Positions 31,799 to 45,441 of a DNA stretch of 64,000 nucleotides are shown here, in pieces. The stretch is taken from NCBI GenBank assembly GCA_012295275.1, contig CM022670.1:35030001-35094000 (forward strand), in the 5' to 3' direction. Below the pieces are notes generated by a model. The model searched no databases. It worked only from the letters and a program-made list of their open reading frames with translations, and had not been told where the DNA came from. Origin of the DNA: Chrysomallon squamiferum. Its lineage: Eukaryota > Animalia > Mollusca. Every line of letters begins with the position of its first letter. The stretch's first letter is position 1. The translations under genes and the position numbers were made by a program.

Positions 31799-32269
31799 GT
31801 ATCGTCAAATCCCGACTGATTCATTCATACTTTTTAGTCATCACTTTTATTTAATTTTTTTTGTTTTCCTATTCATTTTATATGGATTTTATTTAATCGT
31901 TCAGCTATTTTTTAATTTTTTTTTTTTTTGTTATTATTTAAGTTATTATTTTTTTTTTTTTTATCTTCATTCATTTTTTCGGATGATTCATTCTTTGTTG
32001 CTCTGATTGATTTTTATTTCCCTTATCTTCCACGTACCGAAATATCCGAACATTAAAAACCTGTTAATGACGTCAATAAACAGCAATAATTCAATATTTA
32101 ATTTTTAATTTTTAATTTAATTTAATTTATTTCGCAACGGGTGTGGTTAAATAATATCTCACGAGGATTCTTCATTATTGCTCTTTCTTTTTTTTTCTTC
32201 TTCATTTTTCTTTCTTTTTTTTTTTTACTTTTAATATTCTTCTGGGATTTTTTTTGCGTCTTATCGTAG

Positions 32270-33350
32270 CTTGGAAACCCGCGCAGGCGCAGTGGAATAC
32301 GAAACTGCAGTATTTACTGGTTTAATGAATTGATTTGTGGTGAAGCACGCTTTGATAATTGTGCTTGTTTATGCAGCGGCCATCGAGTCCTCCAAACCGT
32401 CACTCAGTGCGTCATTAAACGTCAATGATATTTTCTTCTGTTTTCACAAGCGAAACTTGACCAGCATCGTTGATTCTACGGCTGTCCTTTTTCATCCATC
32501 CATTCAGCGACAAGCGTTTAAACAAAAGTAAGCATGCACAAGAATTAGTCATTTACGTTGTGATTAGCAAAGGCTTTAATAATTTAATTATATATATATT
32601 TTTTTTAACTTTCGTTTTTATGTTAGAAAAGAAAAAAAATGGAAATATACTCGTAGTCATGGAGATCAGTTTGGAAGGAGAATTTCAATGACGTTTTCTT
32701 CTAACTAGTACTGCTTCTGCACTCGAAGATGCAGAGCTGGAACGCAATTCTGCGAGGTTTCGATCGAAGTGTTGACAATCGCGAAAGTGCGCGGAAAGCC
32801 GCTTGCTAGTGTCTTGCAATGCCTGGTGTCGTTTGTACGTCTCTTCGTGGTAATATCGTGGTCGACTCACTGAACAGCCACAGCTGAAAGCAAAACAGCG
32901 GCGGTCAAAATAATTCCAATATGGCGCTAACTGAATGAAGAGTTCGGCAAGGAAAATAGCAAGGAAATGTCAAAATAACCGAGCGGCGCCTGATCAGTGG
33001 GGAAATTCTGATAGACTGAGACATGTTTTATTAAAGAGGCAACAGACAACAGACTGGAGTCAGACGACAATTGATCAGACTCGGTGAGGAGACGCCAGAG
33101 ATCGATGATTCAGTGTTTGAACCGCATCGATACACTTTGTTCCGGATCAACGCTTAACGACTGTTCGCGTTGTTTCTGACCACCCGGCTGGAGTTCACTC
33201 GAAACTAATAATCTTTACCGAAGGAAGTGATTTTGATTTCTGTACGCGCTTTGTTCCTCTGCAGGAGGTGAAACGAACGTCGAAGAAGTAGGTAACTGTA
33301 GCATTTCGTCGTTCTAACGAGAGAATCGGTGAATTTCGTTTACGACGCAA
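32270..33350 (+). promoter_or_regulatory. CpG-rich promoter / 5' leader region of the potassium channel gene
   Basis: GC and CpG density is visibly higher than in the flanks. CGCGCAGGCGCA (NRF1-like) lies at ~32280. A splice donor AG|GTAACT at 33291 precedes the acceptor at 33489 of the first coding exon. Confidence 0.45.
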
Positions 33351-33586
33351 CAGAATAATAATTTACAATTTATTTCAGTTTGATGGTTATTTTTCTTTTA
33401 CTATTCATTGCGGATATAAAATGATTTTTATCGGTCATTTTTGAATGAATACAAATATGATTCTCTGTTCCTTTTCCCTTTGCTAACAGCGAAGAATAAG
33501 TGTATGGCCGAATATGTAAACGATGACGTGCAGGAAGACATTAGAAAGAAGAGTGGTGCTTGGAAAGGTTACAAAAATGACAGGTC

Positions 33587-33905
33587 ATGATATTTTCTCG
33601 GCACAAACCGATGACTAGTAAAATGGTGGAAACAAAGCCAGGACGGTTTACAGCGTGCCAAGGATCTATCGACGACGTCACCAACACGCCCATTAAGTTT
33701 CGACAGTTTCGAAACGATGACGAAATTGTCCTCAACGTCGGTGGCATTCGCCACGAGACGCACGTGTCCACGCTGCGGAACGTGCCGAACACGCGCCTGT
33801 CACGTCTCGCGGAACGACACGTGCAGTCTGGCGGCGCAAAGGACGAGTACTTCTTCGATCGTCATCCCGCCGTCTTCAACTCCGTCATCGACTTCTACAG
33901 AACAG
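33587..33905 (+). CDS. Voltage-gated K+ channel, Shaw/Kv3-like, first coding exon (N-terminal half of T1 domain)
   Basis: [30 protein letters not shown]...[21 protein letters not shown] with donor G|GTAAG at 33905 (phase 1). The true start may be 33504 if one base is missing near 33583. Confidence 0.9.
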
Positions 33906-34236
33906 GTAAGATGAAAAAATTCATTGTTTCTGTTCTGTGCGTTTTCATTTTTATTCTCTGTCCTTAGGACGCTGACGTTACAGCGTTTTTAATCTATTTT
34001 CTCGACTCAAATAAAATCAAACTGTTGCTGACGTTTTAACGATCCTAAGAAAATTGATTATTAGAATATTGAAATAACTATATACGTACGAACGTACATA
34101 CATACATACATACATACATACATGCATACAGGCATACATGCATACATACAGACATGCATACATACATATAAGCATACATTCAGTGATACAAATATACATT
34201 CAGTTATACATACATACATACACATACATACATACA

Positions 34237-34268
<32 letters not shown>

Positions 34269-36319
34269 CAAACCATAGTCTATTAGACCTTTTCTCTATT
34301 TTTCTTTTTTTATTTTTATTTTTGTTTTTTGGTATTTTAAATATGGACAAAACCAACTGAATTTATTGACACCAGAGTCTCACATACATTGATTTCATGT
34401 CCAAATACATCTATTGGGAATTAAATTATACCACCCTTTTTCCTGTATTAATACTTACTGCTCCTTTTGTAACAGTAATTAATAGACCTTGCAATGAGAT
34501 ATATATGTGTGTCCTTATGGACAGTGAAAGCTGAAAGATCGTCAGCTAGTTTTTGCAGAAATGAAAGATGAATGTGTCGGTAATTGTCTAGATGAGAATG
34601 AAGTGCATATCGCCCCAGACATAATAAAATGATTTCCATATTGACAGAAACATTGCTTCAGGGGTTAATTAAAGCAACAGGGTCGTGAAGGCTTTCGAAC
34701 GTTTACAGGCAGGCAGAGAATGTGAAACCTCGCTGATTACAAGTTTATGTATCGCTTTCAGTGTGTTCTTTGACTTTTAAAATTAAATAACGTTACACGT
34801 TAACAATAAATAATGTTTTAAACAATAGTTATGAATACCACGTTTCTGAAATGTATAAAAATAACAGACTGCCAGCGTAAGAGTCTAATGGATATGTAAC
34901 TAATTATAATAACGAGATAGATAGACAGAGATTAACAGATAGAGAGGGAGAGATATACATACATACATGCATATAGACAGACAGACATACAATCAAACTG
35001 ACAGACAGATAGATAGATGGAGATATAGCAATATATACAAAGAGACAGAGTATGAGAGAGTTGAGGGAAGAGAGAAATAGTGTGTGTATGTATATGTGTG
35101 TGTGTGTGTGTGTTTTACTAGGTTGGTAATGCCAATACAAATTTAATTATAACCTAAAGCATGTACAAATGAGCAAAGTATTCGAATCTCTTGCTGGCCG
35201 AAGTAACTGGACGACCAGTATATTACTGTAACAAACTGTGCGCAGTTACAAATTTACAGAGTCAGTTGAATGTGAGTTAATGAGAGAGTCCGTTTATCCT
35301 TTTGATTCAAACAGAACTGTAAGTAACACTGACAACAGCTCCGTTTAAGAAATTACATAGGACTGTGTACACTGATCCCTATGTGTAATTTTGTGTAGCT
35401 GGTTTTTAAAAAAAAAACATTTTTATTGTGAAACGAAAAAAAGATCTTGCTGTTTATGCGACTATATTTTTGGCATAAAAATAAACAGAAATGCGAATTT
35501 AAGTGCGGTTTCATCTCAAAGGATGTCTAGCCATAATTATTTAAGAAATGTACGACGCCACAAAACATTACTGAAATGAATAATAAAGGAAAGCATTCGA
35601 TTCTTTTGAGAGTCGCAAGCCACTGGAAATCCAATTGAGAAAGCAGCGCAACATCAATGATTGCTCCTATCACCTCTTATAGATCTCTAATATTGATCAT
35701 GCTTTGACATGCGAACAAAACATACATTCATATTCACTAGCAACAATCTCGCCGTACTGCTGACTTTTTGCTGTAGCAGAAAGGTTAGATCAGCATTGTT
35801 GTAATAAATCTGTGTTTTTTTTCACCGTCATTTATGAAGTTCTTATTTCGATTTTTTTTTAATTTCTAAATCCATATAATTACGCGCACTAGTTTCGACC
35901 TTGCTTAATCCGATCAAACCGTCAGTTTAATTTTTATCTTCATAGTGAAGAGAAGAGACCTTCTGGAAATACGTTCGTGAACTGAATAAACTGCCTCGAC
36001 AAACAAAACAAGTGGATAAAGAACATATATAGAAGATATAAGCTAACAGAAATAACTGAATAATTCTAGATAGTCTATCGTCATAATAACAATTAAATTT
36101 AATCATTTCATATTAAATTCTTAGATAATTGTTGATGTAGGATCAACATCGCTTCTGGTAATGGCCCGCTTGCTACTTGAAGTAGTCTTCAAATGTACAG
36201 TACAGGATAAAACAAAGTAAGCGTCACCTTGGTCGGTATCTATGTTTATATAAGCACGCTGGGGAAATATCTCTCATCAAGTTATGAATCGACTTTCAAC
36301 ATCTGTATGAGTGAAGTGT

Positions 36320-36470
36320 TTTTCTGTAGGGTCACCTAAGAGTAAGGGCCGGATAGATCTATTACAGAAAATCATTTCTGTACAATCAAGAATCAAACGG
36401 ATTTTTGTAGGGCCACCTAAACAGTAAGACCAGACAGATCTTGAAGAGAGAAGAATTTTTGTACAGTCAC
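36320..36470. repeat. Diverged ~80-bp tandem duplication
   Basis: TGTAGGGTCACCTAAGAGTAAG...AGATCT...TGTACAATCA is followed by TGTAGGGCCACCTAAACAGTAAG...AGATCT...TGTACAGTCA. Confidence 0.6.
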
Positions 36471-39400
36471 TTTGTTTTGTTTGTTTGTTTGTTTTTGTTT
36501 GTTTTGTTTGTTTTGTTCTTGTTGTTGATCTTTTTTGTTTGTTTTTTTGTGGATTTTTTTTGTGAGGGTTTTTTTTTTGTTTTTACCATTATGTCTATAA
36601 CTCCAGCTAGGTTAACAGGAGTCAACTAGGTTTGTGTATCTATATGCGCCAGCCAGTTTTGTAACATTCCACTTGGTTACTACAATCCGTTATATTCGTA
36701 AAAATGTCAGCTGGCTGTTATGTAAGGAACAGAATGGGTTTAAGGGACCAGTTAGGTTTGTACAGGTGCGAAGGCCACTCACTTCTTTCTAAAACACCTG
36801 TCACTCTCACAGATTTGAAATAAGCTGAACCGCCAGTCCATCCTTCCATCAGACGAAGCAGAGCAATCGAACAAGAGCGAAGAAAGGGATGTACATAAAT
36901 GAATACCGAATGCCCGAGTCGCTGTAATCGAAACGTCAACGCAGATCTGTATTTAATTAGTGAATTGCATTGTCGGCGGTTCCCCATGTTTTAGCGGTGT
37001 GTAACGGTAACTAATAAACACCGCTAGCTCAGATAGGCAGACAGTGTTTTGTCGGTTCGATGAACTGATCGGATTCCGGAGCATCAAATCAGATCTACTC
37101 GTACTGCTTGTTTAACATTGTCTTAGCAAATGAAATTATAAACCAGTCATTGGTTATTAAACATGTAGTGTTGCATGTCTCAGGATGGGTATGTGCGTAT
37201 GTATGAATGTATGTGCGCATGTATGTACGTATTTATGTATGTATGTATATGTGTGTGTGTTTGTGTGTGGCTTTGTGTGTGGCATGCATGCATGTATGTA
37301 TGTATGTAAGTATGTATGTTTGTATGTATGTGTGTAGGTATGCATGTGCGTATATATATATGTCTGTGTGCGTGCACGTGTGCATGATGTATGTATATAT
37401 GTATATATAAATATATGAATGTATATATGTGTGTATATGTGTGTGCATACGTATCGCTGTATTTCTGCATGTATGTGTCTATGTGTGTATGTAAGTGAGC
37501 GTGCGGTATGTATGTAGGAACGTATGAATTAATTCGTCTGTATGGAGTATGTACGTACATGCTTATAAATCTATTGTTCATGGACAAAGACAAAAACAAA
37601 GACATTAATCTCATTTACGTGCTAACTGTACACATTACTTACTTATTCACTGATGTAGTTTCATATTAATAATGGTTCTAGAATGTTGTTTGTTAACATA
37701 GCGCAGATTTCAACGATTTTCTCTTGCACATGCAAGAAATGGGCGACTAATCTGTCAAATTTCCGACAGAGCCTGAACTGTATAAATGACTGCATTTGTG
37801 TAAACAAGTTTTTGGAAGGATGCTGCTTACAGCAAAATCGTATACTGGATTTGTCTGCATGACCAGGAAATTTTTTTTTTATCGCGATATGAATTTCGTT
37901 CAGTACCTTCACACTGGACATTTATTCACGATCTCAGTGCTTTCAAGCCAGACTTGTTATTATTATTTGAAATAAATATGACAAGAGAACATTAATTTGC
38001 TAAATGTAAATCCTGCAGTTTGATTTATTGAGCGACTTGTAACGTTCTGGTTAAAGAGCTGGTGTAAGAACGGAAAAAAGTTTGCGATCAAATTTTTAAA
38101 AATACTTTTCTAATCGTAGTCGATCCCAAGGACCGATTTTTTAAAATCATTGATGTGATGTTTTTTTGTTGTTGTTTTTTTTTGTCCTGTATCATGGAAA
38201 ATGATACACAGCATTTCTTGCTGTTAATCCATTACTATGGCAATATCAGGTTTCTTCTTGGAAGTCATTATGATATTAAAGAAACGATCGACTGCTCTTG
38301 GTATTGGGTTCTGTCGAACGTGTCTTTAGTAACAAACTTTTAATTTTTAAATATTTTAAGAAACTGTGAAACAATATTCATTCGCTCTTCCTTTTATCCC
38401 ATTCATTCATTCGTTCATGGAATTTTTACATTAAAACTCAAGAACCCTATTAATAACTGACGCTAACCTTCCAATAAATTATATGTAATGTTATTTAGGT
38501 GTTTGTTTCGAGAATACATTTGCGGTTATCTTCATGTTGACGCAAGGCTTAGTGAAAGAAACATTTATTTGAAAAATCTAAAGATTTCTCTAAATGTCTT
38601 ATTTCCTAATGTAAAGCATGTTAATTTCCTCCAATACATTTGGCGCACTACAGCTGCTTTCCTTACTGAAAGAACATCTCTTTGACAGTTTTTTTCTTCT
38701 TCTGCAGCTTGAATTATTTTTAGAAAAATAATAAAGGAAATGAACTGACGTAATGGAAGGTGACATCGAGTACAAAGACATTATGACGCCAAGCCTTTTT
38801 CATTCAGAGAAAAAAAAAAATATCGTAAAAGGAAAAAAAGAGGATAATGAAAGGTGAACAGAATTAATGGTTTGGCCACGCTTGTAACTGAAGGTCGTGG
38901 ATTCATATAGATCTCTGAACCCTAGTTTATATTTCGTACTAACATGCTAACGAAACGAAATACTAACGTGCTAACCATTAAAGCAGGAACCCATGAAATA
39001 ATGTTGTTGTTACTGGAATATAGTTGCCTCGTTGATGTTAATGGTGTTATTATTATTATTATTATTATTATGATTTTTATTACGTGACTAATGTTATTTT
39101 CTAATTAACTTATATATTTATAAATAGCTGTTCTTGTAAAGTCCGCGAAATAATCAATCTAGAAACCTCTATCCGATTCAGTCATTAGAATTTCAACACT
39201 TGTCATATGAACCATGGTGCTATACAGTACAAACTACTGCTATTACGTCTGAAATATGATAAACAAAACAAAATAACCAGTATTGTTATACGTATAAGCT
39301 CTATTCCACGAAGAGGAATATCTGGCCCTGAAATCAACAGGGTTATGGTTGCAGTAACAGTGATGTTTTGAATGTTAACGTCTGTACCACGGATAGCAAA

Positions 39401-39772
39401 ACTTTGAGCTGTTAAACAACTCTGATAATTCACATCGTCGTATTTACAAGCTCCAAACCAAGAACTTGTCCGTTATAACGTACTTCACTGTCTCGTTACA
39501 GTTCACAATCATGTAAACTGACCTCTGTGATTTCAGGTCATCATGACATAACATGGTCGTTCGAAGACTTTAATTATTCATCAAATATCGCATGATGTAA
39601 AATATTAAAATTTCATTACGTTGGTCTACTGTGTATTATGCTTGACGACGTTGCACTGATGTTGACGAAGTGGTCATTAAAAATACAACATAAAAGATGA
39701 ATCATGTTTCTGCTCACGGTTTCTTTGGTGGCTGCTTGATAAATATACTTCTAAAGTATTAGTATTATTATT

Positions 39773-39823
<51 letters not shown>

Positions 39824-41204
39824 GCTGCTGCTGCTGCTGCTGCTGTTGCTGTCGTTTGTGCTCTTACTATTTCGTTGTTCTTTTTTTTTTTTACTTTGTA
39901 TTGTATTATAATTATTTTATTTTACTTTGTAGCTGTTGCTGTTATTTATCATCGTCATGTATTTATTTGATTTTATGTTTAGCATGATCCTTTTAAACGA
40001 ATTATGTTATTTCAGCTTAAAAACATTTTTGGATAATTTAATTTCTATTGTCATTTGGATTGATTTTAGCATATTGGCTTTTAAAACAATTATTACGGAC
40101 AACTTATTTTCTATTCTCTGATTGATTTAAAATACTGGCTTTAAAACAATTATATTACTGCTGATACCCCTCTAAATGTAGTATTTTATTTTTATAATGT
40201 GAAAAATTTTGATTTGTATAAAACGTCAAGAAGTGTTCCATTTAAATGTCAGAGCAAGATTAAAAATAATTTAATTCACGATTTTGCTGTTCGCTATTAT
40301 AATATAACATTGGTTCGTGTACAAGTATGTATTTTTAAATATAACTTTGAAACACAGACGTTTGTATTGGTGTAAACGGTACTTTCGTGCATATATCTCT
40401 GTTTCTGTCAGTCTGTCTGTTTGTATGTACATAAATATGCATACATATACATGCTTGTGTTGAATAGCTATATTTAAAAACATGTCTGTCTATCGTTTTA
40501 TCTATCTATCTATCTATCCATCCATTCATATATCTATCTATCTAGATAAATGGATATATATATAGATAGATAGATAGATAGACAGAGAGATAGATACAGA
40601 GACAGACATATAGAGATATACACAGACAAAGGTCCAGACACAGCAACTCAAAACGGAACACAATTTACTGTGGGCACCCAATCGATGCATAAAATTCGAT
40701 AAGAAAAATAAATGAATAATTAGGCGCCTATCTTCTCTATCCATCGCCTGTACAGACTGTACGACGCAGACGGTTGACTGGGAAAAAAGAAAATTATCCC
40801 TGAAACGTAATAACAGACGATTTTAGCAGAACGGATCCACGGTGGTTTAAAAAAAAAAAAGAGTCTGACTTGACAAAACACATTTTATAACGGAATACCG
40901 CAGAGGCGTGTTTAGTTTCGCTCCCTGGGGAATCAATATTGATTAAAATATCACACCACGTTGTCTAATGGATCAATCAGACTACGTCTGTGAAGAATCA
41001 TAGCAAATTTATTTACAGCAATGAAAAAAAGGGACGTGACTGATCGCCTGGGCGAATATGTACATGATATCATTTTGTAATATTATTTACGTCTTATTCA
41101 GAAAAAAAAATAAAATAAAATAAAATAAATAAATAAAAAAGAAATAGAAAAAAAAGAGTTTTTCTTCCAATTTGTTCTTTATCTTTTGTTTTTATCAAAT
41201 ACAA

Positions 41205-41278
<74 letters not shown>

Positions 41279-42242
41279 ATCTGTAAACCCTTCTACGTTG
41301 AGAGTCAATATATATATATATATATATATATATTTGATTTGATCAAAACAAAAGATAAAGAACAAATTGGAGGAAAAACAATACAAAAAAGAAAGATTTT
41401 TTTTTAAAGTATTACTACTTCTATTATTTTTTATTTATTTATTTATTTATTTATTTAATTTTTAGAAATAAAAATAATTCCACTCAATGAAATACTACGG
41501 ATTATCAATACAGCTTTTTATTTTATTTTATATGCACCTTTTCATAGAAAGTAAAAACTACGTTTTGGGCAAAAATACGTGACTAATGTACACATTGTGA
41601 TAAAACATGCAAACGTAACCAGTTCTCCCATGGCAGCTTGCTGAAAACGCAAACCCAAAACGCTTGAATGCTTCATGTACGTATTTATGCATATATCCAA
41701 AATATGCACACACAAACACACACAAACACAAACACACACACATACACACACGTATACACTCACACACGTTTGTGCTGAAAAAACTGACTCTGCACGTAGA
41801 AGGGTTTACACACAGTCGTAGTTGATGTTCTGACGTACTTCAGCATCTGTTCGCCTGACACGTTGTCTACACAGTGAATATGAAAGATCTGACATAAACT
41901 TGTCGTATTAAAAAGTTATAGAACGTCTGTTTAGTATTCATGTAATAACTGGCGCCTGAACCAGGCCGAGCGATTTGAATTTCTTCGCAGATTTCTTCTC
42001 CGGATTCAAAGATCGACAAGAGTTCATTCATTTAACCAGAAAACAGAAAACAGAAAACAGAAGCGAAAGTGGGAACATTGTTTATATTGCGATGTAGTTT
42101 TCAAGAGGAAATAGGTTTCATTTACAAAGACGTAAATGATATCCTTCAGAAATAGTAAATGAATAAATGAATGGATGAATAAATAAATAAATAAAATAGA
42201 TATGGTGTATACTGGGGTTTATTAACTTGGCTATTATATACA

Positions 42243-42392
42243 TGTATGTATGTATGTATGTATGTATGTATGTATGTATGTATGTATGTATGTATGTATG
42301 TATGTATGTATGTATGTATGTATGTATGTATGTATGTATGTTTGTATGTATGTATGTATGTATGTTTGTATGTATGTATGTATGTATGTATG
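42243..42392. repeat. (TATG)n microsatellite
   Basis: Tetranucleotide run visible in the sequence. Confidence 0.95.
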
Positions 42393-43732
42393 CATATAAT
42401 ACGTATTTATGTATGTGGCTGTGTGTGTGCAGTCGCACTGAAATGTAATTTACCAGAATCAGTTTTTCAATATAATGATTATTTCTACTTTGACGATATA
42501 TCAATTCTTAATACTCAAGTATAATAAAATACAACATCACACTCGCTGAATATCTTGACAAATAATTTATTTCGCTCATGATATGGACGTAATTCATAGA
42601 GGAAGTGCATTTAATTTTGTATAATTATAGATCCTTTAACGATATACGGAGTATGGCCTACTTCCTGTTCCCGCGGTTTCTAGATGTTTCCATATAATGA
42701 CGGAAACTATCGATCTTGTTCGATCCTTTTTTTACGAAACAGACTATGCTATTAGATCTTCTGTTGTGTATTCGTGTATCGAAACACAGCATTTATATAA
42801 CCCTGAACTTAACCATTTTTAACTGTAGAAACTGTTGTCACCTTTTCTTATCCTTTATTTTTGTTTTTATACATTTATTTTATTCATTTTCCGAATTATA
42901 CTGATTAAAAGGTATTTATTATGTATGCTGTTTCTGTAATTTCTATTTTCGTATGTACTATTATGAAACTGGTGTCACTTTGTCTCTCTGACTCTGTTTT
43001 TTTTTCTTTGTTTTAATCTTTTTTTTTTTTTTTTAAAACATCGGTATTATACATTTAACATTGGCGCCATAGGGAGTTCGTTTGGTGTACTGCAACCTAA
43101 TGCAGTTGCACAATCAATTAAGTGAATGTTGCACTTTTGTACTGACAGAGACCGAGATAAAAATGGAGACAAAATTGGAAATTTCTAATCAGAATGATTT
43201 TCACGTTGTTTTTTTTTGACTGGAAGCAGACTCAAGCCGTTTTTAATGTGAAGTTTATTTGCTGTATAGATTTGCAGTGAAAATAAAAAAGCGTTTGCTT
43301 AAAACCACGTAATAAAGCCGTCACTGATAATGTTATTTAGACGATTTCAAAAATGAATGGCAGTGGGATGAATGAAAATATCTTTTTAATGTTCACAAAC
43401 ACAATATATATGTACAATAAATATAATATAGATAAGAACTGTTTGCATTATAAAGCTGTACTTTATTATTATTACTGTTGTTGTTGTTTTTGATGGTGAT
43501 GGTGGTGCTGCTGCTGCTATTGTTAACAAAATAAATAATAAAAAATTCAAAACACACAAAACGACACAAAAAGAAAAACAATAATACTTTTATTGTTACA
43601 TATTTTAATTTTTATGACTTTTATACATACATTTATATATATATATATACAGAAATATATATACATACACACATATACATACATACTTACATATACGTAC
43701 ATATACATATATATATATATATATACACACAC

Positions 43733-43781
<49 letters not shown>

Positions 43782-45441
43782 CACACACACACACATTATT
43801 GAAACCAAAGATAAAGAATTATTAAATCATCCACAACCGGTTTGTCAAAAACCATCACACATGGTTTCCTATCTGTTGAAATGTTTCTTTAAAAGACGGC
43901 TCGCTGCCAAATCGATTAGGAATGAGGAGTGACCATAAAATTTCCTAAGCAAAATAAATGACATATTTGTCACCTAAAAACCTTTAATAATAAAAATATG
44001 CTATTGTTTCATTAAACTAACATTCATCCATCAACTTATTCGTATATTTATCTCGACACACTACTGTTCAGACTAATTCATTTATTCAAACTAATAATGA
44101 ATTGCAAATAGAAAACGTGAATGATCTTTTTTTCTTTTTTTTCTTTTTTTTTTTTTTTTTTTTTCTCTGCCGTCTTATATAATTGCCTTGTTGAGGTGAT
44201 CGATGGATCTGTCTTTCTTTCCGCGGAAAGTCTTGGAATTTATCATGTCGACAAATTCCTATATATTAAGATGTAAATGGTTAAGTTTTAGTGAGGTTTG
44301 TCATGATGGTTTCAGAACGCTGCACAGTTAGACAAAACTGTGTTCATTGATTTGCAAATTTAGAGTTAAGAAGGAGACGGGGAATATTTAAATATGAGAT
44401 AGACTCGAATATAAAACATTAAATGTATAACAACATAATCATTAAAATGTATAACAGCGTAATAATTTAAAATATATAACAACATAAGAATTTTATTATA
44501 TATAGACAGAGAAATAGATACAGAGACAGACGTATCGAGATATACACAGACAAAGGTCCAGATAATTAAAATATATAACAACATAATTTAAATGTATAAC
44601 AACGTAAGAATTAATAAATTTACTCTAATTAAAAACACAGCTATAAGCGCGTTGTGTACGTAATGACGTCACGGCTCCGATTTTTTAAAATGCATCTTCT
44701 TGTAGAGCTGGCCTTTGATAATCAGTGATACACTGACTGAAACTAACTGGAAATAACTCCCATGCATATATATATATACATTTTAATGATTATATATTTA
44801 TAGTGGTCGTTTCTTCCAATTGCAAATATAATTGTTTTTGTCTTTATCTCGATTTTCTCACTTGCGGCTGGGAGTTAGATGCCACCCAAATATGGATTTC
44901 TATTTTGAACATTCATTTGACCCTCTATGTATTTTACGAACACGGCTCCAAGTCATTAAGTCCAGTGTGATTCTTTGTTGTTTGAAATGAGTGTGACTCC
45001 CTTAGGGAGGAACATACTGGCGTTAACGTTCACAATACGACTAGAATGGCAGTGGCGACAACAACGGAAATACTGGACGCATAACGCAAATAACAATGCC
45101 GACAGTTTTAATGGTTTCCTCTAAAAGTCAAAATAAAAGACTGAGAGGTTATTTTTAAGTGTATTTGAGTGTGTGTGTTCGTGTGGATATGTGTGTGTTA
45201 TGTGAGTTTATATATGTATGTATATATATGTGTATATATATATATATATATGCGTCTATATTATTATTATTATTATTATTATTAAAAAGAGTGACTGTTT
45301 GCTGTCGAATTTGAATATTTATAATGGACATATTTCTGTTATCAGCTTTCGCCATTTAGTGTACATTTTCCCGTTTGATCTAAGTCCATCATGTCAGACA
45401 TGTGACCGAATTATAACGTATTACTAAAATTCTGTTCAGTT

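Noticed and set aside
31596-32006. ORF with perfect LDDVLTK heptads resembling a coiled coil
   Set aside because: It is a by-product of a 21-bp repeat. It has a non-ATG start, no synonymous-site variation pattern, no splice support, and it runs into T-rich low-complexity sequence.
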